A stretch of DNA of 64,000 bases, from the NCBI GenBank assembly GCA_025057015.1, contig JANWYG010000008.1:15848-79847 (forward strand), read 5' to 3'. This DNA comes from Blastocatellia bacterium (GTDB taxonomy: Bacteria; Acidobacteriota; Blastocatellia; Chloracidobacteriales; JADJPF01). This document shows positions 25,701 to 34,274 of this stretch, piece by piece. Numbering within the stretch: the first letter of the stretch is position 1; every line of letters begins with the position of its first letter. Below the pieces are notes generated by a model, which saw nothing but the letters and a program-made list of their open reading frames with translations, had not been told where the DNA came from and ran no database searches. The position numbers and the translations under genes were made by a program.

Positions 25701-25917
25701 TGGCGGTTTTGCTGATACGGTAACTATAACTGCGCCTAATACTTCGGCATTCAAGGTGAAACTTACGCCGTCGCAAGTGTCGACTAATGGTAATGCTGCT
25801 AGCTTTAATTTCACCGTCAAAAAGAAAGCCCCTCTAGGCACACAGCAGCTGGTCTTTTCTGGAAAAGATCCTTCTGGAAGAGTCCGAGAGGCAGTGTTGC
25901 AGATGGTGATTGAGTAG
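22729..25917 (+). CDS. Secreted BNR/Asp-box beta-propeller protein (sortilin/VPS10- or GH74-like) with two C-terminal ~100-aa Ig-like modules
   Basis: About 10 Asp-boxes of SxDxGxTW type: STDGGVTF, STDAGLTW, STNGGVTW, STDRGQTW, SKDGGNQW, TTDGGRTF, SRDGGKTW, TTDFGATW, STNGGETF. I prefer the start at ATG 22729 (MLAVKRVLSLLFLILA...). Confidence 0.7.
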   Translation: MLAVKRVLSLLFLILAVDVFAQLKSAESEIEKSYHDKFEDDPEERAKWFYSLRAYPYKSIPSEARRRAWETRTRVLPQQAEGGWVSIGPAPTISAVPNNWKETSGRINAIAVSPANSQLVLVGASTGGIWRSTDGGVTFLPVSDDQVDLAVGAIAFAPTNPNIVYAGMGDIDNGYFGSGVLKSTDAGLTWQRVNDASLPSRGWSADIAVDPTDPNRVYLAQYARLNEGRAFSSGFYISTNGGVTWTRTLGGLPTNVVIDPRNSNVLYLAVTRVDDGSGAAGIFRSTDRGQTWRQLFTTPYGNAATYDIRVAVSAANTNVIYGYTGGILQGRFDVRVVVSKDGGNQWVNLGSREIDTGQFGYNTYLQVDPRNADIVYVGSRDVYKSTNGGVNFTNLNNSFTVSGSFTPGRSNAHPDQHCLAFDPRDSNIFYIGGDGGIYKTTDGGRTFASLNQTLTLQQTYGITLHPLDRKVTYIGTQDNGFQVRIADKTWRELFTGDYGTVVINPKDTSAFVTNYVRGDIFLFRNNSFAEQVATNSTFGESSNPRIAFIAPLVGNGVDERLYFGTWRLFVSPNFGRTWQAPAGDLDLTKGNRDVLNTIAVSSSNPDVIYTGSAQGRAMVSRDGGKTWTDITAGLPNRAITDIEISSSDPATAFLTVSGYGSGHIFKTTDFGATWKDVSSGVPDIPANAVKIDPIFANIIYLGTDIGCYRSTNGGETFTEFNFGLPPVVVADFASQSSGLVQLSTYGRGVYELVTVADTEPPKIEITSPAGGEVLQAGSSFSIAWNSSDNFSLLRHDISLSTDAGVSFPITIASGLAATAKTFNWSVPQLDSNRAVIRVTATDQANNSASADSRVFTIKKGGSGPTVKVIAPKGGEELVVGSNFSVEWTIVEDVAIERQSIELSTDGGTTFPITIVSGLAGNVNKFTWRVADVVTETAVIRVSAVDTAGREGKGNSAVFHIVRPDFALFFAPDMLKVSRGQKGQLTVNIRRTGGFADTVTITAPNTSAFKVKLTPSQVSTNGNAASFNFTVKKKAPLGTQQLVFSGKDPSGRVREAVLQMVIE

Positions 25918-26175
25918 AAATGTCCTGAGAAGACATGTTTCTGTTCTCAAAACGCAGCTCTTAAGCTATCGTATGCGTTGTCGAGCAGAGGCAGAGAGGG
26001 CTTTCTCTTAGTCCAGGCTTCGTTTTACAAGGTAGGCTGCTCTGAGTAGGGCAGAATGTTTGTAAAATCCGGAGGAAGTTCTTTTGTAGTGTAAAGCCTA
26101 AAGTTTTAGAGCTTTTGCTATCCAAGAGCAGTGCCCCTTCAGCTGCGGGATAGTTTACTTAAGGGAGATTGTTAA

Positions 26176-26727
26176 ATGTATCCGTCGAACTCAGCTTTCC
26201 AAGTACAAGCAGAAGATGCTGGTGTATCCAAAGTGTTATTTTGGCAAAAGGTTTACTGTGCTGCTATGGGGCTAATGTACTTGTCAGTTATGGTACTAGG
26301 AGCTGTGCTGATGCTGTTTGCTGATGAGTTTGCGAGCGCTGGTCGCGATGTACCTGAGCTATTGATCCAAGGTTTTGTTTTCGCTGCTATGGGGGCGATC
26401 TTTACTGCAGCCTTTTTGGCTTCATTCTTTTTACCTCGCAGGCCTTGGGCATGGGTTTATAACTTAGTTTTAATTTCAGTAGGGCTTACAAGTTGCTGCT
26501 GTATACCAGCAGCTATACCGCTACTTATCTTTTGGATAAAGCCGGAAGTAAAAGGGTTCTTTAGCAAGGCAGATTATGCGCCTTTTGTTTATCAAGCTTC
26601 ATCGGAAGAGCCTGCTTCTACGCAAGAAGGAGTTGGAATGGCAGAAGAGGCTACTGAAAAGCAAGGTGACGTTGAAGCGCAGAATAAAGCACAGAATAAT
26701 GAAGGGTCAGAGAACCCGCCAGCATAG
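26176..26727 (+). CDS. Hypothetical membrane protein (4 predicted TM segments, acidic C-tail)
   Basis: Supported only by ORF length and hydrophobic segments. I recognise no family. Confidence 0.45.
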   Translation: MYPSNSAFQVQAEDAGVSKVLFWQKVYCAAMGLMYLSVMVLGAVLMLFADEFASAGRDVPELLIQGFVFAAMGAIFTAAFLASFFLPRRPWAWVYNLVLISVGLTSCCCIPAAIPLLIFWIKPEVKGFFSKADYAPFVYQASSEEPASTQEGVGMAEEATEKQGDVEAQNKAQNNEGSENPPA

Positions 26728-26756
26728 GCTGGCGGCTTTCTTCTTTTTGTTATACG

Positions 26757-29700
26757 TCACTTTTTCTTATCATCTCCTGAATATTTTATACCTACTTTCT
26801 GTAGGAATTCTTTTGGAGGTATGCTGCCAACCAAAGCGAAGACTATGTCGTTTGGGATGGTTCCTATTATTTGGTCGTCACGTGTTTTGGCAAGTACGAC
26901 TTCTTTTTCTCTAATTTCTTTGATTGCTGCGCCGAAATAGGCCTTAATCTTACCGTGGTCTATGCAGTAATAGACCCACATTTTGTTTTCAAGAGTTAGG
27001 TCTTTGGGAAAGTCTGAGCGGATAACGAGGGTGACTTCGTTTGCTCCTTCTTTGGGAAAGATGACTGTGCCGTCGGGTTGGCGCTTACCGGTCAGATCTA
27101 CTGCGGCTTCGACGGCAGAATTGCCTGCTCCTACCACCACTATGTGCTTACCTTTGTAGGCGGATGGATCTTGCAGCCGATATTCTACCCGTCCTTCTAC
27201 TTCACCGGGTACTCCAAGTTTACGTGGTTCGCCGGCATTACCGAGCGCTAGTACTACCTTACGGGCTTTGTATCCGGCTGGGTTCTTCTTAGTTTTGACG
27301 ATGAAGAAGCCTTTTTCTTTGACTATTTCAGTACAGCCCTCGTACTCATTTATCTTGAGTTTGAGCTTAGCACAAGCTTCATCCCACCAGCGCAGCATAT
27401 TTTCTTTAAGATCGCCGGGGCCTTCAAGTCTAATTGCACCAAGTGGGGGATCAGTAGGGTTAAACGGATTGAAGGCTACATACTTACCTGCTGGATACTT
27501 TTCTGCTATCGTCGAATACTTGCAGCTTTGTTCAAGGGCGATGTATGAAAGCCCTAGTTCTGCGGCACGGGCTGTAGCTGAGATGCCGCCCGGGCCTATG
27601 CCTACTATCGCTACGTCGTACTCAGCAGCGGGAACACGACCTTCGGCCTTAAGTTTCTCAGCTATTTTCTCTACAGCGATACGGCCTTCTTTGATGGCGT
27701 TACGGATAAGCGGTACGCCTGAGACATCGCCTACTAGGTAGATGCCTTCTACGTGTTCTGTTTCGAATCCTTCGCTTGCTCCCTTACGCAGAGGTTTTGG
27801 GGCCTCACGTATGGTTTTCTTTGTATTGATAAGCACGCACGACTGCGGCACGGTTGGACAGGCTTGTTGACAGCCTGTATCTTCCATGCATTGCTCGTAG
27901 TTGACTACTATGGCGTGATGCTCTTGTTCGTCAAATCCAAGGACGTCTTGGGGGCAGACGAGTATGCAACTATGGCAGCCGATGCAAGTACTATAGTTAA
28001 TGATAGGTTGTGGCACAGGTCGTAGTTTAGCTGCTTCTTCTGCACGTTTGATCCATTCTTGATCCCATTTTAGGGCGTATTTGATATCGGCAGGCTCGCT
28101 ACGGCTCTTACCTATTTCTATCTCCTTACCTTTGATTTTGTCTTGTGTTTTGCGTTTGCGCCTTGAATCAAAGAGGACAAATCCGATGATGGAAATTGGC
28201 AACAGGCTCAGTAGCATTGCCCAGCCTGCGGGAGTAAGGCCACCAAACTTTGCTGCAAACGAGGTCCATTCCCAGGCTGAACCTCCTCGATAGACGGTGT
28301 CTACTTTGTAGACCTGTTCTGAAGTGAGCTTACGGCCTCGGCCGCCGGCAGGTCGAAGTGTTGCCACCAGTGCTGGGCTTTCGCTGTGTTGTATATGGCA
28401 GGAATTGCAATCTATATCAAAAGTGCCTGCAAGAGAGGTCAACTTTTGTACGTCCTCTATGTCTTGTGGATTACCTTGAGGGTCATACTCTACTGTGTGG
28501 CAGACGGCACACTTCTTTTGGTCTATTTCTTTTGGTTTGTCGAGTGATGTATGACAGTCGGTACAGCGAGCAGTGTTGTTGCGGTCGCCACGCATATGAA
28601 CGAAGTGAAATTTGCCTTTTGGGTCGAGTATTTCTGCATCTGGGATCTGGATCTTCTTGTTTATCGGCTCAGTCCACTTCCACTCGCCGTTAACTACGGG
28701 GTAGCCAAGCCGGCCTCCATGGGGTATGCCGAGCGGTTCGCCGGTTTGTTTACGTGCTTTTGGGTGGCTTGGGTTAGCTTTGTGGCAATCAAAACACATA
28801 GTACGGGCTACGGTTGCCGGCCTAAAGTCTGTGCCTTTATGTTCTGTGTGGCAGTCTACGCAGGCGAGGCCTGCAGCATTATGTGCTGCAATGGCATTTT
28901 GAGGATTGAAATGTTCGGTTGTGTGACAACCTATACAGGTTTTCTGCATAGGTCCTGCGGCAGCGTGGCAAGCTGAGCATTTGTTTCCTGCTGTAGTCTT
29001 TGCAGCAAGCAGGATGCCACTTTCGGGCAAGAAGGACGCGAGGTTTATGCGGTCACTTTCCGTAGCGGCGTGTGGGGCAGAAACGTTGCCTGGAGAGTAA
29101 AGATCTTCCCAGAAGAATATCGCAATGGCGCCTATCAGAAGGATAAAGGAGCCAAAAGTAAGCAAGAAACCTTTGGGCCAGGGACGGATCAAATCAGCAG
29201 TAGGTCTCCAGTTAAACCTTTTTTTTCCAAGGTGTAAATTGAACTGTTTATATTCGGGAGCTATTTCTTTGGGGTGTAATTCTGACTTGTCGGCGAGTTT
29301 TTGAGCCCCGCCGGTCTGAGCAAGTTTGCGACGCTCCCAGAAGGCATCCATAGTCTGCTGGAAGCGTTTTTGTTCTTCTTCAGGTAGAGCTAGTATCGAA
29401 GTGAGCAAACCAGTCATCCCACGTTGTAGTCGCCCGGTGGTACCTAGCAACCCGCTCAATCTACCTGAAGCTTTAGCTAGTGGAGCTGTCTTAAACCCTG
29501 ATCCTTCAAGTACCTTAAGTATGTCTTGACTAAGCAGAGCTGTTTTGCCAGCTGCCATTGCAGCGCGCGGATCACCTAGTAATCTGTTACCTAGATTACC
29601 TGCTGCGACTGAATCGACGGTACGCTCCACTTCGATAATAATATCCTCGTTATCTAGATCGATTTTGAGGATGAATACACCGATTTGAACAGTGTCTCCT

Positions 29701-29942
29701 GGCTGTATCTGCACGATTTCTATAGGTGATCCGTTGACAAGCGTGCCATTTGATTTCGAGAGGTTTTGTATCCAAAAATCCCCTTCAATGATCGCTATGC
29801 CTGCATGTAAACGCGACACGGATGGATGGTTGAGCAGCAAGTCATTTTCCGTACTCGATCCTATGGTTAGGTTATCACTTTCTATGACTAGTTCATCAGT
29901 TACTATGTCTTTGCGTCTTACTATGAACTTTGCCTCTCGCAT
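26757..29942 (-). CDS. Multidomain redox protein: FHA domain, TM, 7x CxxCH multiheme region, TM, 4Fe-4S ferredoxin motif, FAD/NAD(P)-dependent oxidoreductase
   Basis: FHA block (residues ~5-95): GSSTENDLLLNHPSVSRLHAGI...NLSKSNGTLVNG. Heme motifs: CSACH, CIGCH, CVDCH, CFDCH, CTDCH, CAVCH, CNSCH (residues 322-517, nt 28392-28979). TM segments lie at about residues 258-278 and 573-591. Fe-S motif: CIGCHSCILVCP. Dinucleotide motifs: VAIVGIGPGG and IVVVGAGNSA. Confidence 0.8.
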   Translation of the reverse strand: MREAKFIVRRKDIVTDELVIESDNLTIGSSTENDLLLNHPSVSRLHAGIAIIEGDFWIQNLSKSNGTLVNGSPIEIVQIQPGDTVQIGVFILKIDLDNEDIIIEVERTVDSVAAGNLGNRLLGDPRAAMAAGKTALLSQDILKVLEGSGFKTAPLAKASGRLSGLLGTTGRLQRGMTGLLTSILALPEEEQKRFQQTMDAFWERRKLAQTGGAQKLADKSELHPKEIAPEYKQFNLHLGKKRFNWRPTADLIRPWPKGFLLTFGSFILLIGAIAIFFWEDLYSPGNVSAPHAATESDRINLASFLPESGILLAAKTTAGNKCSACHAAAGPMQKTCIGCHTTEHFNPQNAIAAHNAAGLACVDCHTEHKGTDFRPATVARTMCFDCHKANPSHPKARKQTGEPLGIPHGGRLGYPVVNGEWKWTEPINKKIQIPDAEILDPKGKFHFVHMRGDRNNTARCTDCHTSLDKPKEIDQKKCAVCHTVEYDPQGNPQDIEDVQKLTSLAGTFDIDCNSCHIQHSESPALVATLRPAGGRGRKLTSEQVYKVDTVYRGGSAWEWTSFAAKFGGLTPAGWAMLLSLLPISIIGFVLFDSRRKRKTQDKIKGKEIEIGKSRSEPADIKYALKWDQEWIKRAEEAAKLRPVPQPIINYSTCIGCHSCILVCPQDVLGFDEQEHHAIVVNYEQCMEDTGCQQACPTVPQSCVLINTKKTIREAPKPLRKGASEGFETEHVEGIYLVGDVSGVPLIRNAIKEGRIAVEKIAEKLKAEGRVPAAEYDVAIVGIGPGGISATARAAELGLSYIALEQSCKYSTIAEKYPAGKYVAFNPFNPTDPPLGAIRLEGPGDLKENMLRWWDEACAKLKLKINEYEGCTEIVKEKGFFIVKTKKNPAGYKARKVVLALGNAGEPRKLGVPGEVEGRVEYRLQDPSAYKGKHIVVVGAGNSAVEAAVDLTGKRQPDGTVIFPKEGANEVTLVIRSDFPKDLTLENKMWVYYCIDHGKIKAYFGAAIKEIREKEVVLAKTRDDQIIGTIPNDIVFALVGSIPPKEFLQKVGIKYSGDDKKK

Positions 29943-29961
29943 TTCTTACTTTCCTTTTTGT

Positions 29962-32484
29962 CTAGCGCCACAAATAGTATACGACCTGAACTATGTGGAT
30001 CAGCATACAAGCAAGCATCAGCGATGTCAGAATTACATGTGGAGGTAGCCACAGCTTTAGAGCTCTGTGTATGTAGAGCAAAGCGTCGATACGCCTTGCT
30101 GTCACAGCTGCCTTAATCAGCAGTGCCAGTCGCTCTGCATCTTGCTTTTCTAGAGAAGCCAGCTCCTTGCTAAACAGCTCTTGAGTTGCTCTTACTAACT
30201 CGTCGAGCGTTTCTCTTTTGAGGTATTGACGTATTAGAAAGCCGGGAGAGTAGGTACTATTGAGTATCTCTTCTCGCGCAGCGAGAAATTTGCTAAAGTC
30301 GCCTTCGCGGCCAGCTTTCTTCATGTTTATCTCGGTCGTTAAGGTATAGTCTGCTATCTCTTGATAGAGCTCCTCTCGACGTCTTTCAAGATCTTCTCGA
30401 AGTAGGGGTTCACCTTCGATCTTGGTAAGTAACCTCGGCCCTATCCAGTAAAGAAATATGCCTATTAGGCCGGTAAGAATTACCAAGTCGAACAGTATCA
30501 TCAGGATAGCGGTAAAAGGCCCGCCAAGGCTAGTACCTCCATGTAGGAGCAATACTATTCCTGCGATAACTCCGGCATAGACATGCGCCAGCATCCAGTA
30601 ACGAAGGGCTCCGGCACGTCTTTGCCATATTTGGCGACGTATCGGATAAAGCATTACTACTATTATGCCAAGCAGTCCCACTATACCGGTAATCCATCGG
30701 AAATTGAACCAACTTGTCTTTAATAGTGGTACGCCTAGTCCATAGGTTACTATGCCAGCGAGGTTGCCTCCTACAAGTAGCAAGGTAAGCAACAAACCTA
30801 TGAGGTGTGCTACCTGCTTGCCTCTGTCACGAATTAGCAGCCTGCGGCCGTAGATTAGGTTAGCTTCTCGCTTAAGTGCCTTACCGAGCAAGCCTTTTAT
30901 TTCGTCGAATTCAGCCGTAGGTTGGATGCGCATGCAAGCGCCTGTTGGACAATTTTCTACACAGTTATATTTGTGCGTTTTATAAAGCTTGTTTCCTTCT
31001 TTATCTGTAGGATTGAGAGGGGTATTGTTGCATAAATTACACTTTATAGCTACTAAGTCTTCTTCTGCGGTGACCGGCTTAGGTTTCTCATCGTACCGTA
31101 ACTGAAGCAGTTGTAGAAAACCTTTTGGTTTATCCTGGATACTAGAGGAGGTTTTATTGTCTTTTGGTTTACCCTTGGCAGCTGCAGAAGGAGTTCGAGT
31201 CAGTTCTTTTCTTTGAATGAGGGAAATTGCGTTGTACGGGCACTGGGTAGCACAATCACCACAGCCTATGCAGATTGCCGGGTTGATGTCAACTTGCCCG
31301 CCTTGAAATCTCCCTATAGCACCTGTAGGGCAGCCGGTCATGCATTCAGGATCTTTGCAGTGCAAGCAGACGGAAGGTGCAAGTAAGCTTTGGTTAAGTT
31401 GTGCAGTGAGAGACTTTGACCTTAGCAAGTGAATACCGCGCCGTACGAGTCTCGACTTGCCGTGAATATTGTGACAAGCAAGTGAACAATTGCCGCAGCG
31501 CACGCATAGATCCATGTCCATAACCATCAGGTTGGTTGCATCTGCAAGGCCCTTGTCTAAGATCTTTTCCTGGGCTTGCTTAACTGCTGGAGTGTAGGCT
31601 AATTCTTTTGCAGGCTGGGTCGGAGTACCGATTTGTCCAAACGGAGAGAGTTCTTTGAATAATGCGGATTTCAGTTCAGGAGTGAGTTTTTTGTACTGTA
31701 TTTCGAGCACTTCTGTGCGGCTAACTACGGAGCTTTTATATGGCCAGCGAGCGTTATCTAAAGAGAGTCCTTCTAAACCTAGGCAATATCCAGAGCCTAT
31801 GAAATCAAAATCTTCACCTGAAGAACGCCTTAACCACCCGTCGCGAATTATTATTACCCTATCCATGGGGCGGCCTTCTTGAGATAGAACGTGTCCTCTT
31901 GAGAGAACCTTAAAATCAGATATGCTAGAAATTTGCTTTTTGATTTCTTCATTGACTTGCAGTTCGGTCAAAGTAGAGCTTCGGCCGTTGTTTCTGTAAG
32001 CAAGGTCAAGTGCAGCACCAAACTTTTTGAGCTTGCGTAGTACTCTAAGGGCAGGGCGTTGGATTTCAAGCAAAGTAGCTCCTTCTTCGTGATGAGCTTT
32101 TACAGTAGCACTGCGCTGTACGCCTGCAAGGACTGACATTTCCCCAAAGGGGCTGCCACGCCTAAACACGGCTACCGGCTCGGTTTTTTCTTTGATAAAG
32201 ACCTCGACGGCGCCTTCGACAACTATGAAAAATGTGTTCGTGTCCCAGTCACCTTGCTTTACCACTTCCAGCCCTGGTGGATACTTATACAGCTTGATGT
32301 AAGGGCCTACTTTCTTTCCAGGTCCGTAGTTGCGACCGTAGACAGCCACCTCTAGATCTACCGCATAGGTGTATCCATGACCTTCTTCAAATTCGGCAAG
32401 TTCTTCTATTGCAGATATGCCTTTGATTGCTTGTAGTACCGTATGGTGATTTTCTATCTGTTGGCGTTTTAATTCTTTGCCCAT
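29962..32484 (-). CDS. Cyclic-nucleotide-binding-domain protein fused to poly-ferredoxin (4Fe-4S dicluster) domains and a C-terminal polytopic membrane domain
   Basis: cNMP motif FGEMSVLAGVQRSATVKA plus a second degenerate cNMP-like domain. Cys clusters: CVRCGNCSLAC, CLHCKDPECMTGCP, CIGCGDCATQCP, CNLCNN...CVENCP. At least 4 TM helices carry conserved-looking His residues. Confidence 0.8.
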   Translation of the reverse strand: MGKELKRQQIENHHTVLQAIKGISAIEELAEFEEGHGYTYAVDLEVAVYGRNYGPGKKVGPYIKLYKYPPGLEVVKQGDWDTNTFFIVVEGAVEVFIKEKTEPVAVFRRGSPFGEMSVLAGVQRSATVKAHHEEGATLLEIQRPALRVLRKLKKFGAALDLAYRNNGRSSTLTELQVNEEIKKQISSISDFKVLSRGHVLSQEGRPMDRVIIIRDGWLRRSSGEDFDFIGSGYCLGLEGLSLDNARWPYKSSVVSRTEVLEIQYKKLTPELKSALFKELSPFGQIGTPTQPAKELAYTPAVKQAQEKILDKGLADATNLMVMDMDLCVRCGNCSLACHNIHGKSRLVRRGIHLLRSKSLTAQLNQSLLAPSVCLHCKDPECMTGCPTGAIGRFQGGQVDINPAICIGCGDCATQCPYNAISLIQRKELTRTPSAAAKGKPKDNKTSSSIQDKPKGFLQLLQLRYDEKPKPVTAEEDLVAIKCNLCNNTPLNPTDKEGNKLYKTHKYNCVENCPTGACMRIQPTAEFDEIKGLLGKALKREANLIYGRRLLIRDRGKQVAHLIGLLLTLLLVGGNLAGIVTYGLGVPLLKTSWFNFRWITGIVGLLGIIVVMLYPIRRQIWQRRAGALRYWMLAHVYAGVIAGIVLLLHGGTSLGGPFTAILMILFDLVILTGLIGIFLYWIGPRLLTKIEGEPLLREDLERRREELYQEIADYTLTTEINMKKAGREGDFSKFLAAREEILNSTYSPGFLIRQYLKRETLDELVRATQELFSKELASLEKQDAERLALLIKAAVTARRIDALLYIHRALKLWLPPHVILTSLMLACMLIHIVQVVYYLWR

Positions 32485-32595
32485 AACGCCCTCTTTGACT
32501 ACACAAATTCTACTGCCTTGATTACCTAGTCAGTAGGTGATCCTAGTTGGAAAGACTATTATAAAAGCGAACTGCTTCTTACGAGTAACTAAAAG

Positions 32596-34251
32596 TTAAG
32601 ACTTTTTCTTTGCAAGTATTAGGTGTTTAGTGGGTGAGGATGATGATTGACCGAAAAAATTCTCTAAGCGCAATTGTAGTAGAGGTTTACTGTCTATTAT
32701 TTGTAACGGTATAGGTGTTCTTGCCTGCAGTTGCTCGAAGTAATCTGCCCGAGTTACGAAGTAAACCTGGTTAGGCTGGTCCAATTTTTTGAGCATCTCG
32801 TCATAATCTGAGCACTCGAAGATCTTTCTCCTGGTGTAGAACATGAGGCTAGGTGTGTCTACAAGAAAAGTACCCACTTCGTCCTCAGGGCGTATGTTCT
32901 GTTTTATCACTTCGGCGAAGTGTGGTATCGGACGGTAGTACTCCAAGCTAGGTAGTAACAGTGTCAAGCTGAAGATGAAAATATAACTGGTCATACCTAG
33001 CAAGAGTGCTTGCTGCTCGAAGCTCTTTCTTATGATTACCCAAATTTGGCTGAGGCCGATGAGAAGAAGCGTTCCTATGCAGAGGTATGTTAGCTTTGTC
33101 TGGTGGTCGAGTTTTTTATGGGCTATGAAAACTGCTGCTGAGCTGATGAAGCAAGCTGCTGCGAGTGTTAAAGTAGCAGCTTTGTGCAAAAACCGCAGCT
33201 TGCTGCTGCCGTTATAAAGTGAGCTAGTGAAGTAGTTGGCTATTAATATAGCGGAAGCTGGGTAAAGTGGAACTATATACACTGCTCGTTTGCCTACTGA
33301 GAGGCTGAAAAAGACAAGAACAAAAGCAAACCAAACTAGCGGTAGAGTCTGAAGTCCGAGAGATATTTCCAATACCTTGACGCGCTTCCACTCCTTGTGA
33401 AGCCATTTTGCCCAGTATATGAAGACAGGAACGATGAATATTGACCAAGGGGAAGCTTCTGCAAAGTATATCCAGAGGTAGTAATCTATAGCGCGGCTGC
33501 CCAAAGCATCGCTTACGTACCGCATGACGGTCTCTTGTAGGATGTTGACTTTGACAAACTCTAAACCGTATCTGTATGTCATCAGCAAGTACCAGGGCAG
33601 TCCTATCAGAATGATCATGAGGTATCCTAGCGGATCAAAGACTAGTTTTAGGTGAGACCAGTAGCGTATCAGCAGCAGGAAGAGAGCTGTAACTGATAGC
33701 GGAATAACTGCAGCTACGATGCCTTTATCCAGTATGCCAAAGGCTATGCAAGTGTATCCCAACAGTGGGTATAGCCTGCTTGATTTATCGTCCAGCATAG
33801 CCTTGGTAAAGCAGGTCAGAGCACAAGTGATGAACAGCGTAAGAAATATGTCTCCAGCAAACTGCCGCGAGTAGACCATAAACTTGAGCGTGGTTGCTAG
33901 AATTACCGCTGCTAAGAGGGCAGCATCTTGACCGTAGAGCATCTGTGCGAGCAGGTACGTCAGCAGTATCGTAAGCACAGATGCTACTGCTATGGGTAAT
34001 CTTTCAGAGAACTCAGAGACGCCAAAGAGTTTGTAGCTTGCACCTATGATCCAGGTCGTAAGAGGTGGTTTTTTAAATCTGGGAACATAGTTATATGTGG
34101 GTACAAGCCAATCTCCTGTTTCTAGCATTTCCCTAGGCGGTTCGGCATAAAAGCCCTCGTTTCCATCCCAGAGCGAATTGGCGCCAAGGTTTACGAAGTA
34201 AGGTATGAAAAGAAATAAAAGTAGCGTGTATCTGTGTTCGCGCAAGAACAT
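32596..34251 (-). CDS. ArnT/PMT-like glycosyltransferase (GT39/GT83-type, polytopic membrane protein)
   Basis: N-terminal block WDGNEGFYAEPPREMLETGDWLVPTYNYVPRFKKPPLTTW, followed by more than 10 TM helices. Confidence 0.8.
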   Translation of the reverse strand: MFLREHRYTLLLFLFIPYFVNLGANSLWDGNEGFYAEPPREMLETGDWLVPTYNYVPRFKKPPLTTWIIGASYKLFGVSEFSERLPIAVASVLTILLTYLLAQMLYGQDAALLAAVILATTLKFMVYSRQFAGDIFLTLFITCALTCFTKAMLDDKSSRLYPLLGYTCIAFGILDKGIVAAVIPLSVTALFLLLIRYWSHLKLVFDPLGYLMIILIGLPWYLLMTYRYGLEFVKVNILQETVMRYVSDALGSRAIDYYLWIYFAEASPWSIFIVPVFIYWAKWLHKEWKRVKVLEISLGLQTLPLVWFAFVLVFFSLSVGKRAVYIVPLYPASAILIANYFTSSLYNGSSKLRFLHKAATLTLAAACFISSAAVFIAHKKLDHQTKLTYLCIGTLLLIGLSQIWVIIRKSFEQQALLLGMTSYIFIFSLTLLLPSLEYYRPIPHFAEVIKQNIRPEDEVGTFLVDTPSLMFYTRRKIFECSDYDEMLKKLDQPNQVYFVTRADYFEQLQARTPIPLQIIDSKPLLQLRLENFFGQSSSSPTKHLILAKKKS

Positions 34252-34274
34252 ATTTGTATTGGCTGTGCAGTGAA

